A stretch of 64,000 bases of DNA, from NCBI RefSeq assembly GCF_037042905.1, contig NC_087250.1, forward strand, positions 15,440,001 through 15,504,000, written 5' to 3'. Under the pieces are notes generated by a model. It searched no databases. It worked only from the letters and a program-made list of their open reading frames with translations, and was not told the DNA's origin. Origin of the DNA: Lytechinus pictus. Taxonomy: Eukaryota. Positions 47,295 through 61,619 of the stretch are shown in pieces (within the stretch, counting starts at the first letter, position 1; each line of letters opens with the position of its first letter). Both the position numbers and the translations under genes were made by a program.

Positions 47295-50200
47295 GTAAGC
47301 AACCAACATCATTTCATTATAAATATTTTTTTATTTGCTATCGCGTGCATATACGTATATTTCTTTAAAAAAATTGTATTTTGTATCCATCTATTCCAGT
47401 TACGGTCGCGCTTTTTGTGTATACAAAATTAGCATTCTTTTTCATCGGATCGCGTACAATATATGAGTAGGCCTTTATCATTATTTTCTTCAAATGCTAC
47501 CCCACTCCACCTATAGTGTGATGGTGGGCGTATATACTTATTTTTATTGTTATCATTGTCATATCATTATTATTATTATTATCAATGTCATTGTTAGCAT
47601 TATCATTTCTATTATCATTGCTACATGTTTGGCGTCACCTATGCCCGGGAGGCGAAAAGCGAACTATCACTATGACCCACCCGTCTCTCCTCCCGATATG
47701 ACTATTTTCTTTTTACAGTAAGATTGTAAGATTTTATTGACTCTATCGAACCCCTCTCGGGGTATGAGAGTACAAACATATTTACAATACATTAAAACAA
47801 AAACATAATTTTTTAATGACGGCTGTAACAACCTCCACGGTAACGTACCTTAGCATTCACTTCGCAGACGCCTCCTGCAACGTCAAGTTGAGAATCTATT
47901 GAAAATGCCCGTCAAATCACATTGGACAGATTAGAGGTCATTGTCGAAGGTTATTGTAGCGGGACAGCACATCGTCTTAAGATTTACCGGAAAATAAATG
48001 CAAATATGTAGTTTGTCCAGAGTCCAGGACGACACTGCTGTTTTGATTCACCTATTTCGACAAAGACTGCTTTGTTATGAAGGGCCTTTGACAGAAGATT
48101 CTCTGTGTTATAGAAAGCGTCTGCAAAGTGATTGCTACAGTGATTGCCCTGTTGTTTGAAAAGCAAAATCAACTCGCTTCATATGCCATTTATGCCTCTC
48201 CCTGTGAGTAAACCTCATTAAACGGAAACATGTGCGTACTTGCTTTTTGGCTTATTTATAGTTCAATTCAAATTGATCACATCGTATTGTTAATTCAACG
48301 GTGTGAAAACAGAATCATAAAAAAAAAAAAACATCTTGTGGAGGCTCGTGGGACTGTTTTCACAGAGCTGCTAGTAATTTTACGCACGACTTAACGATCA
48401 CTGGAACAGGTAGTTGGGAGCTAAGTCCTATTCTCAACTATTTTCTTTCTCATCGTTTAGTTAGAATGCGATCTCTGCAGAATGATGAAGATTCTTATTG
48501 TTGACAAATATTTGAAAGATAGTGTTTTTCTGTCCAATTTGAATTATAATGATTGCAGGAAAATCTGCCGATATTGTTGATTAATACAAAGAACGATGCG
48601 GGCTATCCCGTTAATACAAAGAGATGTTCCAAGTCAACACTGTAAACACGATGTGAACACACTGTGAACACTCTGAACACACTGTAAGCACACTGCATAC
48701 ACACTCTTTTGAGTAAAACATACACACATAAGCGAGCAAGTCCTACATTTTACCAGTGTTCACAGAAGTTCACAGTGTGTTCAGTCTGTTTACAGTGTGT
48801 TCATAGTGCTACAGTGTATTAACAGTTTGATCACAGTGTGTTCAATACAATATCCAGTGTTTTAATAACATACTGCCTGAAACAGTAAAAACAAAATTGG
48901 TGCAAAGACTGCACCCTGGTGAATGCCACTTTCAATCTCTTCTTTTACACTTTCATCGGCTGGTAAAATCTAGGAATTGCTCGCTTATTTGTGTTCACTA
49001 TGTTTCCAAAGTGTGTTTAAATTGTATTCACGATGTGTTAAGAGAATATGCGCAGCGTTTTCACTCTGTTTACAGTGTGTTCATAGTGTTAAAGTGCATA
49101 ATCAGTGTGATCACAGTGTGTTAACAGTATATTTACAAGGTTTGTACGGTGTGTTCAGAGTGTGTTCACAGTATGTTCAGAGTGTTTTTACTGTGTTTTT
49201 AACGCATTATTCAACCTGGTTGACTGTTCAGTCTGTTTACAGTGTGTTCATAGTGTTACAGTGTGTTCACAGTATGTTTACAAGGTGTTCACGGTGTGTT
49301 TACAAACTGTTAACGGTGTGTTCATTGTGTTACAGCGTATAAATGATATGATCACAGTGTGTTCACAGTATGTTAACACTGTGTTTATGGTATTTTTACA
49401 GTGTGTCCAGAGTATGTTGACAGTGTGTTCACTGTGTATTTACGTACCACAATGCAAACGCGCTATTCAACCTGGTTTACTGTGTGAACAGATATAAAGG
49501 TATCAAACTTTCAACATTATGTTCAAAACTAAAGTAGCAATGTTCAATCACAAGAATGTAGTGCTTAAGATTTTAACATTGTTGTTTAAATCTTTAAAAC
49601 TTTGTTTAAATGCTCTTTCAAAGAACGACCTTAAGTTCAACTGGTAAATATTCATTAATATTATATCTGAAAGCAACTTATTGTAACATAACAAGTTTAT
49701 ATAACTAGTTTAGACTGCATTTGCTCCTACCCATAGGCGGCGGAAGCGGGGGGGGGGCGGGGGGGGGGGACATGTCCCCCCTAAATTTGAGGTGGGGGGG
49801 GCGATCCCCCCTAAAAGTCTAGTTGATAACCTTTTTTTTTTTTTTGCTTGTCAAATTTTTTTGTTGGTCCCCCCTAAAATTTTGGTTGATAACCTTTTTT
49901 TTTTTTTTTGCTTGTCAAAATTTTTTGCTGGTCCCCCCAAAATTTTTGGGGCTTCCGCCGCCATTGCTCCTACCAACGTCTTTTATTTTCTTACACTTAA
50001 TTTGTTAGTTTAGTAGCCTTAAAATTAACTGTTTTGTTATTATATTTTCGTTGACCATAATTTAACCAAACATGAACATTTATTGCAGTCACAGCCTCCA
50101 ATTGATTTTTTTTACTGATCTTTCATATCACCATTGGATGTTTTTCATGTATATTTAAGTATATGTATTTTACGTTATGCAGGGCCTCCTAGTATAACAG

Positions 50201-53200
50201 TATTGTAATTACTGATGGGGCTACCATGTTAAATAAAGACGAAATTAATAAATAAAAATAGACTTAAAAGTGATCGCAAGTTTCTTGGAACGCCCCATTA
50301 TTAGAAATGTTTAGTTTAATTCTGTAAGTTGTTCACCGGGGTCTGTTGCATGAAATAAAAGCTCTGGCAATTTTTTGCCAGTGTTTTTATCAATGGCATA
50401 ATTTAGTTTGCCAAAGTTTTTGTTTATTTGCCAGAGATGTTTTTATGGCAAAAGCTCTTTACACCAGGCCTCGATCTATTGTTTACAGATATACATTTGA
50501 ATGTATTACGAATAGCGTTATTTCCTTCATATTTTTTATAAAGGCCTCATAGGTGAGGAATTAGTACGAGGTCAAATCTATTGAGATTGATTTGCCTCAT
50601 AATCGAGGAAAACCTAATTGTATGCAAGTAAATGTGTAAAGAGGCGTTTTGCGGTCATAAAATAAGGCAGCTGCAGGGGTATTACAAAAATATCGAATAT
50701 CATGTAAACATCTTTGTGGATTTATTGAGGATAAAGTGCGTGTGTAGGCCTATACATACATTTAGCATAATTATGCTGCACCCCAATAATGGGACCAATT
50801 CTTTTGTATTCAAATTTGATTTGAAGTATTATTCATTGTATGCATAAGAAATAATTTGTTGAATTTAGGCAATTTGATTATAATTTGGGGGTCAATCCCG
50901 CCCGCTCTTTAATCCGTGTTTCACCGTCATACTCAGGGATTTCAATCTGAAATAGATGAAATTCCTGAAGATTTTTTTTAACTTTGAGTTATTTCAATGT
51001 TGATATTTAAAGGTCAATTTCAACCCAGAAAAATGTTGATTTGAATCAATAGAGAAAAATCCAACAAATACAACACTGAAAATTTCACTAAAATCGGATG
51101 TAATATAAGGAAGTTATGAAATTTTAAAGTTTGGCTTATTTTTCATAAAATAGTTATATGAACAAGTCAGTGACAGGCAAATGAGAGAGTCGATGATATT
51201 CGTCACTTACTATTTCTTTTGTTTTGTATTGTTTGAAATGTACAATATTTCAATTTCAACAAATTTGACAAAGATCAACTTGACTGAACCGCAAAATGTT
51301 TTTAAAATGGTAATTCCACATGTTCAGAGAGGAATACAACTTTCTTTCACATGGCAATGAGGGAAAGTTAGAATATTTCATATTCCATATAATAAACTAC
51401 AAAAGAAATAGTGAGTGGATGACGTCATCAGTCCCCTCATTTCATACAGACCAGGATGTGCATATAACTATTTTGTGAAACTAAGCGAAATTTAAGATAG
51501 TCATAACTTTTTTTATTTTACATCTGATTGTGATGAAATTTTCAGTGTTACGCTTGTTGGACTTTTCTCTTTTTATACATTCCAAAGAACTTTTTGTTGG
51601 GGTGGACTTTTCCTTTAATGTTAAAAAATAGATGAATGGCTACAGTTCCCGTTTTTGATCAATTGATTTTGAAGCGCATGCATTAATTTACTTACATGGC
51701 GCAAAACGCAGTTTGGTAGCTAAAGTGATTGCGCTCTTTAATATATCCAGCAAGATTGTATCTATGTGATCTCCAAATCACATATTGTGTGTGTGGTTGT
51801 TTGGGGAGAGTGATGGGGGGGGGGGGGGAGGGGGTTTGGGGGCAAAATGATCTTCCTCTAATTAATCTTTAAAAACACATCTTTTATCCATTAAAAAAAA
51901 AATCTTGTACAATTATGTGCAAATGAGATTATTCTATTCTGTTAAAGAAAAAAAAAGTCAACGATTACAAAGTCTGTTTTTATTTGTCGATCGATATATC
52001 TTTGTCTTCACATTGTTAGGTAAAAGAAATTGGGCAGTTCTATTTAATTAGTAATAATTCTGAAAACCTGTTTGCAATCTCATTGATAACATTATTTCTT
52101 TGTTTATACACATGTACAAATATGAATTGTGATTGTAAACTTATTGATATGAGAGAGGAATAGAATAAAACATTATTTAAAACAAAAAGTACGTGCCTTT
52201 TCCATCGCAATTAGGACTTCAGAAGTGAATGTGGAATGAAGGTTCTAAGAATTAGTCATTAATTGTTTTATATGGTGTTTGTTTTGCAGTGTTTCTATAT
52301 CTTTGCAAGAACCCGTTGGATCCAAGTAAGTATACCGTAATATACCAATTTGGATGAGATATTTATTTGCTTATTACTATATGTATTACTTTTTTTTCTT
52401 TTCATTCGAGTATTGGGGGGGGGGGGCTGTTGGATTGTTAGGCATATATTCGGCATTTATCAACACCTTTATTTATTTATTAGGTCCATAATTAATACCT
52501 TTATTTTATTCATTAGGCGTATGCTTATTTTATTCATTGGGCCTATATAATTAACACATTTCTTTAATGCATTATGCCTTTGATTCATTTAGCCATAATC
52601 AATGCCTTCATTTTATTCATAAATCCTATAATCAATTCTATTTTTATATATTAGGCTTATTATAGACATACCATTAATACCTTCATTTTATTCATTAGGC
52701 CTGTAATTAACAAATTTATTTCATTTACTAGGTCTATAATCAATACCTATAATTTGTTCATAAGGCCTGTAATTAATTCCTTTATTTTTTTTCATTTGGT
52801 CTATGATTAATTCCTATATTTGCTATAATTAATTTTCTATTTTTCCTCCACAATTCTAGCCTTGCCACGGCTATCATCTCGCCCTCGAATTGAGAACGTA
52901 ACTTCCTCGACAATCGAGATAGAATGGAATAAAGATTACACCGGCGACGGCCCCGTATGCGGCTACATCGTCGAACTCAAACCTCCGACATCGACGGAGT
53001 GGACGAGTGTCGGTTTCGTTGCCTATGATGACGATGCCGACGTCTTCGGGTTCACAGTTGATAGACTTGTCCATGACGCCCTCTACGCCATAAATGTTAG
53101 AATCCTTCACTGTTCGGGTGTGGAAGGAGGTAGAAGCCCAGAAGTCAGCCAGACAACAAATATGAGTAAGTTCCATGGCCGTCGGAGCAAAGGAATATCC

Positions 53201-56200
53201 TTTTTTTTCATAGGGGACATCTATTGTTGCGCCCCAAAATACAAAATACTTTGCTCGACGCCCATGGTGATTTTATACAATTACATTAAATTTAGAACTC
53301 GTTCTTTGCACCGCCCCATAGTGGGCCAGGAGAGAGCAAAAGTGCGCCAAAATTGTTTTTTGGTCATGAACCAAATTTTGTTTTTTTCATGTTCTAAGCA
53401 AAGATAAGAACCTGTAGAATGCCTCCATACAATATTTCTCAATTAAATTGATTATTAGTTGCTCATTTTTATTCAATATTACCGGAAAATGACTCTTTAC
53501 GGCTACCGCATGTGTAAATGACACGTTTTTAGATATTTCACTGTTTTAACAAAACGGATTGCTCAATTTATTTCTAATTCACTGTGCTCTTTGATAAATG
53601 ATCGTTTTCAGTGATCAAAGATTTTCAAGATAAAATGATAATCCCTTCAGAGGCAATTTTGGACGAAACCATTTGACAATGGGGGGTTTTAGCAATTTTT
53701 TTTTTCATGAGCATTTCTTTTACAAATTGCTGCCGATTGCTGCTCTGTAAATACCATGACGGTCTTTGTTATAGTTCACGCTTTACACTGATACCAGATT
53801 TAGCTGCATATACGTGCATTTTCTGGAGATATAACCAATTTTCCAACCACATGTTCGCCGTATTTATCACAAAAATCGTTCCAAGTTAGTGTCCCATTAT
53901 GCGCGTGTCGAACGTTGCGGGTGACATCATAGAGTCCCCGTCGCGTGCTGGGAGAGAGAGAGAGAGAGAGGGGGGGGGGATGTCTGGCTCATGTGCCTGG
54001 CTCTTGTGACTGGTGTCTGCCTTTAAAATATTTTCGTTAAACATACGTAAAGGCAAGCTCTCATGTCCAATTCCACTAACTATATAATAATACATGTAAC
54101 ACAACTTCATTTTGATGCCAAACTGTTCCACCCCGTGTTCCATATCTGATATGCTGTCATCCTGAGAAGATTAATTCTTAAGGCAAGATTCCCGGGTAAG
54201 ATTATATATTTGTTTTGTTGTTCATAAACCAAGTAGGGGCTACTGTATATCCATATAACACACATGACTAGGGATGTGATAGGTCTCACGCAGTTTTCTG
54301 ACAAAATATGAAAATGTGTATAGGGCAGAGATGGGATATACGTGGGCTCTATTACATGCATAAGTTGCATTATCATTATTAGTATTTATCCGCCCCCCCC
54401 CAAAAAAAAAAAGGTTTGTAATTTCACATACACGTATGAATTCGTTTATCTCTTGGCTCACTCTAAATTTGCTATAATTGTTAGTATCGATCAAGAAGGT
54501 AGTGTATATTATCATTTCAAGGATTGTTTGGTTTATGACTCTCATTGACTTTATATGTATTCCACAGACTAATGGTAACAGGTGACATTGTGATTAGTAG
54601 CAAGATTTTAAGAGTACAACAATCACACCCTCTTCCCTCTGATGTTCAAAGTATGCTAAAAGATCCACTCACCAAAGACATAATAGTTGGTGAGATAGAG
54701 AGACTCTGATTCGGAATAACTTTGTATCCGCCGTTCTTGGTGAAATAGGTAGGCCTTGTAGGGCCTTGTACTGATTAACATGCAGAGGACCCGGCCTCTA
54801 TTATTTATCACTGGAATCATTACTTTAAAGATTTCACTGTCCACTTCTGGTATCAATCCATTTTAATTCATGAGGTGTGGTTAATCATTGTACCCAGGGA
54901 ATGAAAATACTCCTTTCCATTTTTTTTTTCAATTTCACTTTGAATTTTACAATTCCGGATTCATGGTAGGGCGCCCTCTTTAAACGATACTCAAGTCACC
55001 AATTGAATTATTTGTACCCCGAGCACAGATTTTTCTTGTTTGTTTGCCTGTTTGTGTGTTTGCTGTTTGCTAATATGCCTAATTATTGCTGAAATTTCTC
55101 TAAAACTAGTTTCTGAAAATTTGAAACTTATTGTAGAATTAGAAATATGTAAGTTCTTCTCATTTGTTAACAGCCAATCAGCAAACAGTATTTTAACGAC
55201 GTCATCAATATTTGAAAATGCTTTTATTGAATTCTACGGGTGAAATTACCCCCTATCTACCAAATTTAATCGTACAAATGTGTGAATAATGGGTTTTGGC
55301 GCACTTTGGGTTCATTCTGGCCCACTGTGCGCCCTTTCTTTACCCCCCACTTTAAATTCAGATTTCATTTTCGACAATTAGCGGATATAATTATTTTGTT
55401 CGACAAGATAAGTCTACCCCCCAAAAAAAAAATATTTGAATTGATTGCATTGCATTTATTCTTTTTTATTCCAAAATATATAGATATATTTCGAGATAAC
55501 GTCAATAATCCTCTTTCATTTATGCACTTCCTCGCTAACAAAAAGATCTTGTATAATCAGCATAAGAACTTGTATAATGGGCACTCAGTTATGCCTGAGC
55601 TGAAATATTTACAATAAATGACAAATTTCATACAAGAGCGTTTGAATAAAAAAATATATGAAATTTAAAGGAACGTCCCTAACATAATGACCAATGAACT
55701 ATTTATCAGTGATAGTGAAGCGTCTTTCCGGGACAAAAGTTGTAAACCTATATTTGAGATGATCATAATGTCATTCTGCATGACACAAAGGGAGCGATGA
55801 TGGGAAAAAAAACATGAATCAGTCAGTCAATCAATCAACTAATCGATCAATTAAACAACCAAGCAATTAATCAGTAAATCTATTTATCAATTGTTATTTA
55901 TTTCATAATTTCATTTCAAATATAATTAACCAGGGTAGCCCACTCAGCAGTACACTGATCTCCCGTAGTGCCCTGCGATATCATTCAATCGATCAATCAA
56001 TCAGTTCATCTTTCAATCAATCGAATCAATGAATGAATGAATCAATCAATCCAATCAATCAATCAGTCAATTAATCGATATATCAATCAATTAATAAACC
56101 AATCAATCAGTCTATTTTTCATTCAATCTATCATTCATTCATTCATTCAATCAATCAATCAAACAATCTATCTATCTATCTTTCAATCAATCGATCAATC

Positions 56201-56667
56201 AATCAGTCCATCTTCCAATCAAACAATCAATCAATCGGTCCATCTTCCAATCAAACAATCAATCAATCAGTCCATCTTCCAATCAAACAATCAATCAATC
56301 AGTCCATCTTCCAATCAAACAATTAATCAATCCATCTTCCAATCAAACAATCAATCAATCAGTCCATCTTCCAATCAAACAATCAATCAATCAGTCCATC
56401 TTCCAATCAAACAATCAATCAATCAGTCCATCTTCCAATCAAACAATCAATCAATCAGTCCATCTTCCAATCAAACAATCAATCAATCAGTCCATCTTCC
56501 AATCAAACAATCAATCAATCAGTCCATCTTCCAATCAAACAATCAATCAATCAGTCCATCTTCCAATCAAACAATCAATCAATCAGTCCATCTTCCAATC
56601 AAACAATCAATCAATCAGTCCATCTTCCAATCAAACAATCAATCAATCAGTCCATCTTCCAATCAAA

Positions 56668-56746
<79 letters not shown>

Positions 56747-56747
56747 C

Positions 56748-56806
<59 letters not shown>

Positions 56807-56807
56807 C

Positions 56808-56867
<60 letters not shown>

Positions 56868-58260
56868 CAATCAATCAATCAAACAATCAATCTGTCTCTC
56901 TATCAATCAATCAACTAATGTTATACGAGATAAGCTGTTTTACGTACTTGTTTACCTACCCAGGACCTCAAACACAGCCACCATCCGAACAGCCGTCCAC
57001 GGGCCAGCCATGTCCACCAGAGAACTGCACAGATTGCCCCACTGACCCTGATGCAGGGGAACAGGAATGGAGAAGGAATTTTCTTATCGCTGTTCCAATC
57101 TTGTCGATCGTCGCTGTTCTGGAATTTCTTGTTTTTATCGGGTAGGTGTCTCATTCTAATTCGGATTCTAGACTTTTGAAATAGACATGGACAATGACTG
57201 TTAACCCTACATGGCCCTAGGAAGAGGGGTGGGGGGGGGGTGCTAAATCACTCTCAAGATTGACCCGAGGGGTGCTGCGTGTGTATTCAACACAGGCAGC
57301 TGCACACCTGAAAATGTGGTAGTTACGCTGAAAAGCAGATATGTAACGAAAAATTACCTAAATTTTGTAGTGAATTAAAAAAAAATCCTTGACCAAACTT
57401 ACTTTATAAAAAGTGCACCATCTTCATTTTGTAGTGAAAACCCTTTTTCGTGTTTATTTTTAATTGCCAAAGCTAAACCAGCTCCCCTTGTTAAAAGCTA
57501 TGTATGCTGACATATAAATATGGGATAATAAGGTTTCCAATTATTTCAACAACAATGATGTGTTGACGCCCTCTTCGTTTCTTGCTTCTGTCCTACATGT
57601 AGTCAACATTAAAGGCTTTCAGAAAAAAACAAGGACAAACAAGTGAACGATCTAATTACAAAATAAAATCGTTAGCATGAATACAAATCGCAATCTTGAA
57701 TTTTCTCTCCGGGCAAAAAGAAAATAAATACTACTACTACTACTACTACTATTACTACTACTACTCATTACTACTACTTCTACTACTACTACTACCACCA
57801 CAACGGATTCTACTACTACAGTAGTGGTAGTAGTAGTAGTAGGAGTAGTAGCAGTCATAATAATGATAATAATAATTATAACACATAATACTAGTAATAA
57901 TTATGACAACAACAACAACAACAATATTAATAATAATAATAATGATAATAATAATAATGATGATGATAATATTAATAATAATAACGATAATGTGAAAATC
58001 CCCGTTCGTTACCTTTCTAACGTGTTCCATTCGATGGTTTGGAGATGACAGTCAATATAATGCTAAACATATTTATACTTCTTCCTGCGGGAATATTTTA
58101 ACTTCGAAATATATACTCATTGTCTCATTATATGTTTTGTGTATATTTCTTCATATTATTTTCATCAAAATTTTGTGTTGCTACCTTTTAACCATATCGT
58201 ATCTGCAGTTGCTGTATTCACGTGTTTAGGGGAGGGAAACCACAAGCTGTTGTACATTAA
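47210..58260 (+). CDS. Putative small membrane protein, about 218 aa, with one FN3 domain. Exons 47210-47294, 52290-52325, 52860-53165, 56964-57141, 58209-58260
   Basis: Five exons with canonical splice sites joining in frame (657 nt, phases 1,1,1,2): N-terminal hydrophobic segment, FN3, Pro/Cys stalk, TM helix, short tail. Confidence 0.72.
48635..49490. repeat. Degenerate (CACAGTGTGTT)-type short-repeat array with an inverted left segment, probably transposon-derived
   Basis: Numerous 11-bp-like units; 48635-48700 is in the opposite orientation. Confidence 0.7.
49733..49963. mobile_element. G-tract MITE (GGCGGCGGAAGC / GCTTCCGCCGCC)
   Basis: 12-bp inverted repeat enclosing poly-G and duplicated TTTTTGCTTGTCAAA segments. 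Confidence 0.7.
51011..51614. mobile_element. Kolobok-like non-autonomous element
   Basis: TTAA|AGG...CCT|TTAA; homologous to 10807-11313. Confidence 0.85.
52290..52325 (+). CDS. 36-nt exon (VFLYLCKNPLDP)
   Basis: TTTTGCAG acceptor, A|GTAAGT donor, symmetric phase 1-1. Confidence 0.55.
52470..52825. repeat. About 32-bp AT-rich minisatellite in the intron before the FN3 exon
   Basis: Unit TAATTAATACCTT..TTTTATTCATTAGGCCT. Confidence 0.75.
52860..53165 (+). CDS. Fibronectin type III domain exon (PRIENVTSSTIEIEW..YTGDGPVCGYIV...L...ALYAINVR)
   Basis: TTCTAG acceptor, A|GTAAGT donor, phase 1-1; FN3 W, Y and L-x4-Y pattern; GDGP motif as in Tie-family FN3. Confidence 0.88.
55815..56916. repeat. 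(AATC)n tetranucleotide array with an internal 31-bp higher-order unit
   Basis: CAGTCCATCTTCCAATCAAACAATCAATCAAT repeated about 15 times within AATC tracts. Confidence 0.95.
56964..57141 (+). CDS. Pro/Cys stalk plus transmembrane exon (…FLIAVPILSIVAVLEFLVFIG)
   Basis: CCCAG acceptor, GG|GTAGGT donor, about 21-aa hydrophobic helix. Confidence 0.8.
57728..57990. repeat. Compound (ACT)n/(AGT)n/(AAT)n microsatellite
   Basis: Direct inspection. Confidence 0.9.
58209..58260 (+). CDS. Terminal exon, short cytoplasmic tail (CCIHVFRGGKPQAVVH*)
   Basis: CTGCAG acceptor; phase 2 matches the previous exon; TAA at 58258-58260. Confidence 0.65.
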
Positions 58261-59213
58261 GAGACGGTCTGACTACACCATCCAGACCAACAACTAGGTC
58301 GATGGACCACCTGTGCATTGGATGTGGATCTAGAGGGCGCTCTTCACCTATTTTCAATAATTGTACAAAAAAACTATCATTGTTCTCCCCCTCTCTCTCT
58401 ATATATATATATTGTCAAATGCTGCATCTTGTATGATGTTTAAGTTTGCAATAATGGTGGCACTAATCTGGATATTGCAACCTAATTGAAAATCCTACAT
58501 AGCTATATAAATAGCTTAATATATACCTATTTATTACAAACTAAAAAGTTATATATACATGTAGTTATATGAATAGCCTATATTCGTAAATAGACAAATT
58601 GCAACCTCGCAACCAAATTGAAAAAGGTGCACCCGGAAATACCAGTTTCCACCCGTTAGAAAAATGTAAAACTTTGCACACTTAACAGTGTATCATTTGT
58701 TCAAAAGTTCAAAAGGCACCTCTCTAAACAAGATTACAACTTTGCACCATCAGAACCACGGAATGGTTGGCCTACACAATGTATATAGCTAACTTAACCC
58801 ATAGTTGTGACCGGAAAAAGCCCCTTAGACTACAAAGTTGCACCCTAAAACAAAAGAGTTCCCAGAGTTGCATTTCAAAGGAGCAGAAATCCAGGAACGA
58901 AGAAGGAATGGGTTTTTTTTTTCTCCAAAAAACAACATAATACTGTGTATCTTTCATAAATTTTCATAAATAATTTCACATTTGCTATATTATCTTGAGT
59001 AAACCATTATTTTGAATGTATATTTGTAATTGCTTTTGTAATTTCTTTATTGTTTTGTATATTGCTAATTGTTAATTTCATTTGTAGTCTTATTCTTTTT
59101 TTTATATGTATTTGTCAATTCAGCTGCGATCACATTTTTAAATAAATCATTGAATCTTGAATAAGTTTATTACATGTCTTGAGCTGGTACCTTCTCAAGA
59201 CTATTGGCTTTAA

Positions 59214-59758
59214 AGGGGAATCCAACCAAAATAAAAAATCGTTTTTGGAAGAAAAAGAAAAATTAGACAAGTTGATAGGTGAAAGTTTGAACAATATCAA
59301 ACAAATAATTAGAAAGTTATGAATTTTCAATAAGTTGTAAAAATTGAAAATCATTATACCCATGCAGACTTCAAATTGGCCGCATATATGCTTTAATACC
59401 TAATATGTCATTTTTTTTTCAAAAGTTTTACTTCAAATTACATTTTTCTTCCATGAGGACATAAAAAAATTACCTGGGTTATATTTCGATTATTGTCCCT
59501 GGGGAATGTGTACTTATGAAAAAGCCACAAATCCTTGATAATAAAGTCCATGGCCAATGTGAAAGTTGTCCTTGCCCCTTGTCATAATTTACTTACCCAG
59601 TTGCCAATTTGAAATCTACATAGTCTTAGGGATCTCAATTTTAAAGCAGCCATAACTTTCGCATTGCTTGTCCGATTTCTTTCAAACTGTCACAGTTCTG
59701 TTTTATTTATTGTTCTCTTTTCAAACACAACATTTTATGTCTATGGCTGGATTCCCCT
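59214..59758. mobile_element. Kolobok-like non-autonomous element, second family
   Basis: TTAA|AGGGGAATCCA.CC ... GGCTGGATTCCCCT|TTAA. Confidence 0.82.
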
Positions 59759-60221
59759 TTAATGTTAGAGTGAACTGACCAGCGGCGGTTGTTGCTGTCT
59801 CCCTATGACTGTTTGATATCAATGATACAGAGAAGAAATGCCTAATAATGATAAATAATAATAACTAGCATTTAGTACGCTCTCCGTAGTTAACTATATC
59901 ACAGCGTTTACAAACGATTTAAAACAAAAGTACATAATAATTACAATACAAATACACGCAAAAGAAATTAATAGGAAAAGAGGTATGTTTTTAGAAGTTT
60001 CTTAAATTGATCTGAAGAGTTTGATGATTTAATGAAAGTGGGGATGTTGTTCCATTCTTTAGAAGCAGTAACACTAAATGTGCGATCACCTGTTTTTGTA
60101 CGAGTTTTGGGTATGGCAAGTAAATATGGGTCTTTAGATGAACGGAGATTAGGGCGAGTTGGTCTATGGGAAGCAAGGCTATATCTTTGATATATTTTGG
60201 CATCTGGTTATTAAAGGTTTA

Positions 60222-60742
60222 GGCTGCGTTTATCCGACCTCAAGCCAGAATCGTGATTTGAATCATGATTGGAATCATGATTCAAATCACAAACATGAAT
60301 CACAATTACTACAGAATCAGGGTTTAGACGACCTTCGTTCCAACGCTGTTTCTCCTCGGATTCGGACCGATCCAGTGCGCATCACAGTGCGCAGTTTGAC
60401 CCAGGAAGTATAGGTCAACGTTGGACACTTAATTGGAGGTCGGCGACGTACATGTGATGTGACAACGTGGGGCGCGCGCCTTGGCAAGAACCGGAAATAG
60501 CTCGACACAATGACGTCATATAATCATGATTCAAATCACGATATCGTTTATCCGAACATTTTCGTACGTGATTCTGCAGAAACGTCTTTCCAAACGCCCT
60601 TTTTTTCGTAGTTCATGTTTGTGATTCTAATCATGATTATATTCAATTTCGACTAAACGCAATCGTGATTCTGCAGAATCGTGATTTGAATCATGATTGG
60701 AATCATGATTATAGGGTAAAAAAGTGGCGGATAAACGCACCC
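60222..60742. mobile_element. Harbinger-like MITE with AATCATGATT subterminal palindromes
   Basis: TIRs GG.TGCGTTTATCCG / CGGATAAACGCA.CC, TTA target duplication. Confidence 0.85.
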
Positions 60743-61121
60743 TTAGAAGACAAAAAGAAGTAAATTAAAGACAATTCTCTTCTTTAAAGGGAGCCAATGA
60801 AGAGATTTAAGTAAAGGGCCGGGATCATGACGTCGGTCCACCTTAAAGATAACATTTTATATCCATTCCAATAAATAAATAATTGTGTATTTCCGAGAGC
60901 ATGTAAAACTAATTTGGATAAATGCGGTTGATTTTATATATCTAAAATCTATATTGTCCCTTTTCTCTATTTATTCAAATTAACATTTTTCTGGGGTGAA
61001 CTTGACCTTTAACATTCGACGTGCATTTTCAAGTCATTTACTGGGTTCTTCAATCCGTTGTGGGTCGCTGAGCGGACTTTCCTAATATAGAAGAGACACT
61101 CCCCTGTCCAGATCCGGACTT

Positions 61122-61260
61122 GGGGCATTGTGGCCCAGTGAATTAGTCTTCTGACTTTGAAATAGATGGTTGTGGGTTCGAACCCCAGCCATGTTGTTAT
61201 TTCATTCAGCATGAAATTGATCCACATGCATTGTGCTGCACTCAACACGGGCTATAGGTA
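61122..61260 (+). mobile_element. tRNA-derived SINE fragment
   Basis: TGGCCCAGTG A box, GGTTCGAACCC B box. Confidence 0.65.
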
Positions 61261-61619
61261 TACGTTGCGGGAATTGAAATGCCTCCGCGCTGTGAAAAGA
61301 CTGCGGGAAAGACGGGGCAAATATATCCTTATCCCTGACGTTTTTATCACAATATGATCATAAAAATGCACTAACTATATTATTATCTGGTAACATAAAT
61401 AGCCATCAATAATTCTGTTGCAAAACATAACATTTTCAGGCCTTTTTGGGTCATATTTAAGTAAGATAGACTTGACATTAATGGTTGTTTTGTTCGAGAA
61501 ATATAATAAGTAAACAAAATTGTTGTTAGCATATCTCTGGATCCGGATGGGGGGGGGGTGGTCTATGCTAATACAATGGCAGCTCATTGATTATTAGATG
61601 ATGAAAAAGAAATCACCGA

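Noticed and set aside
48897..49497. Cys/Val-rich ORFs
   Set aside because: Derived from a CACAGTGTGTT-type repeat array.
56037..56918. 293-aa NQSI-repeat ORF
   Set aside because: Translation of an (AATC)n satellite in an intron.
59980..60215. Possible coding exon on the - strand
   Set aside because: Looks like a frameshifted 3' remnant of a CR1/L2-type LINE; too degraded to call with confidence.
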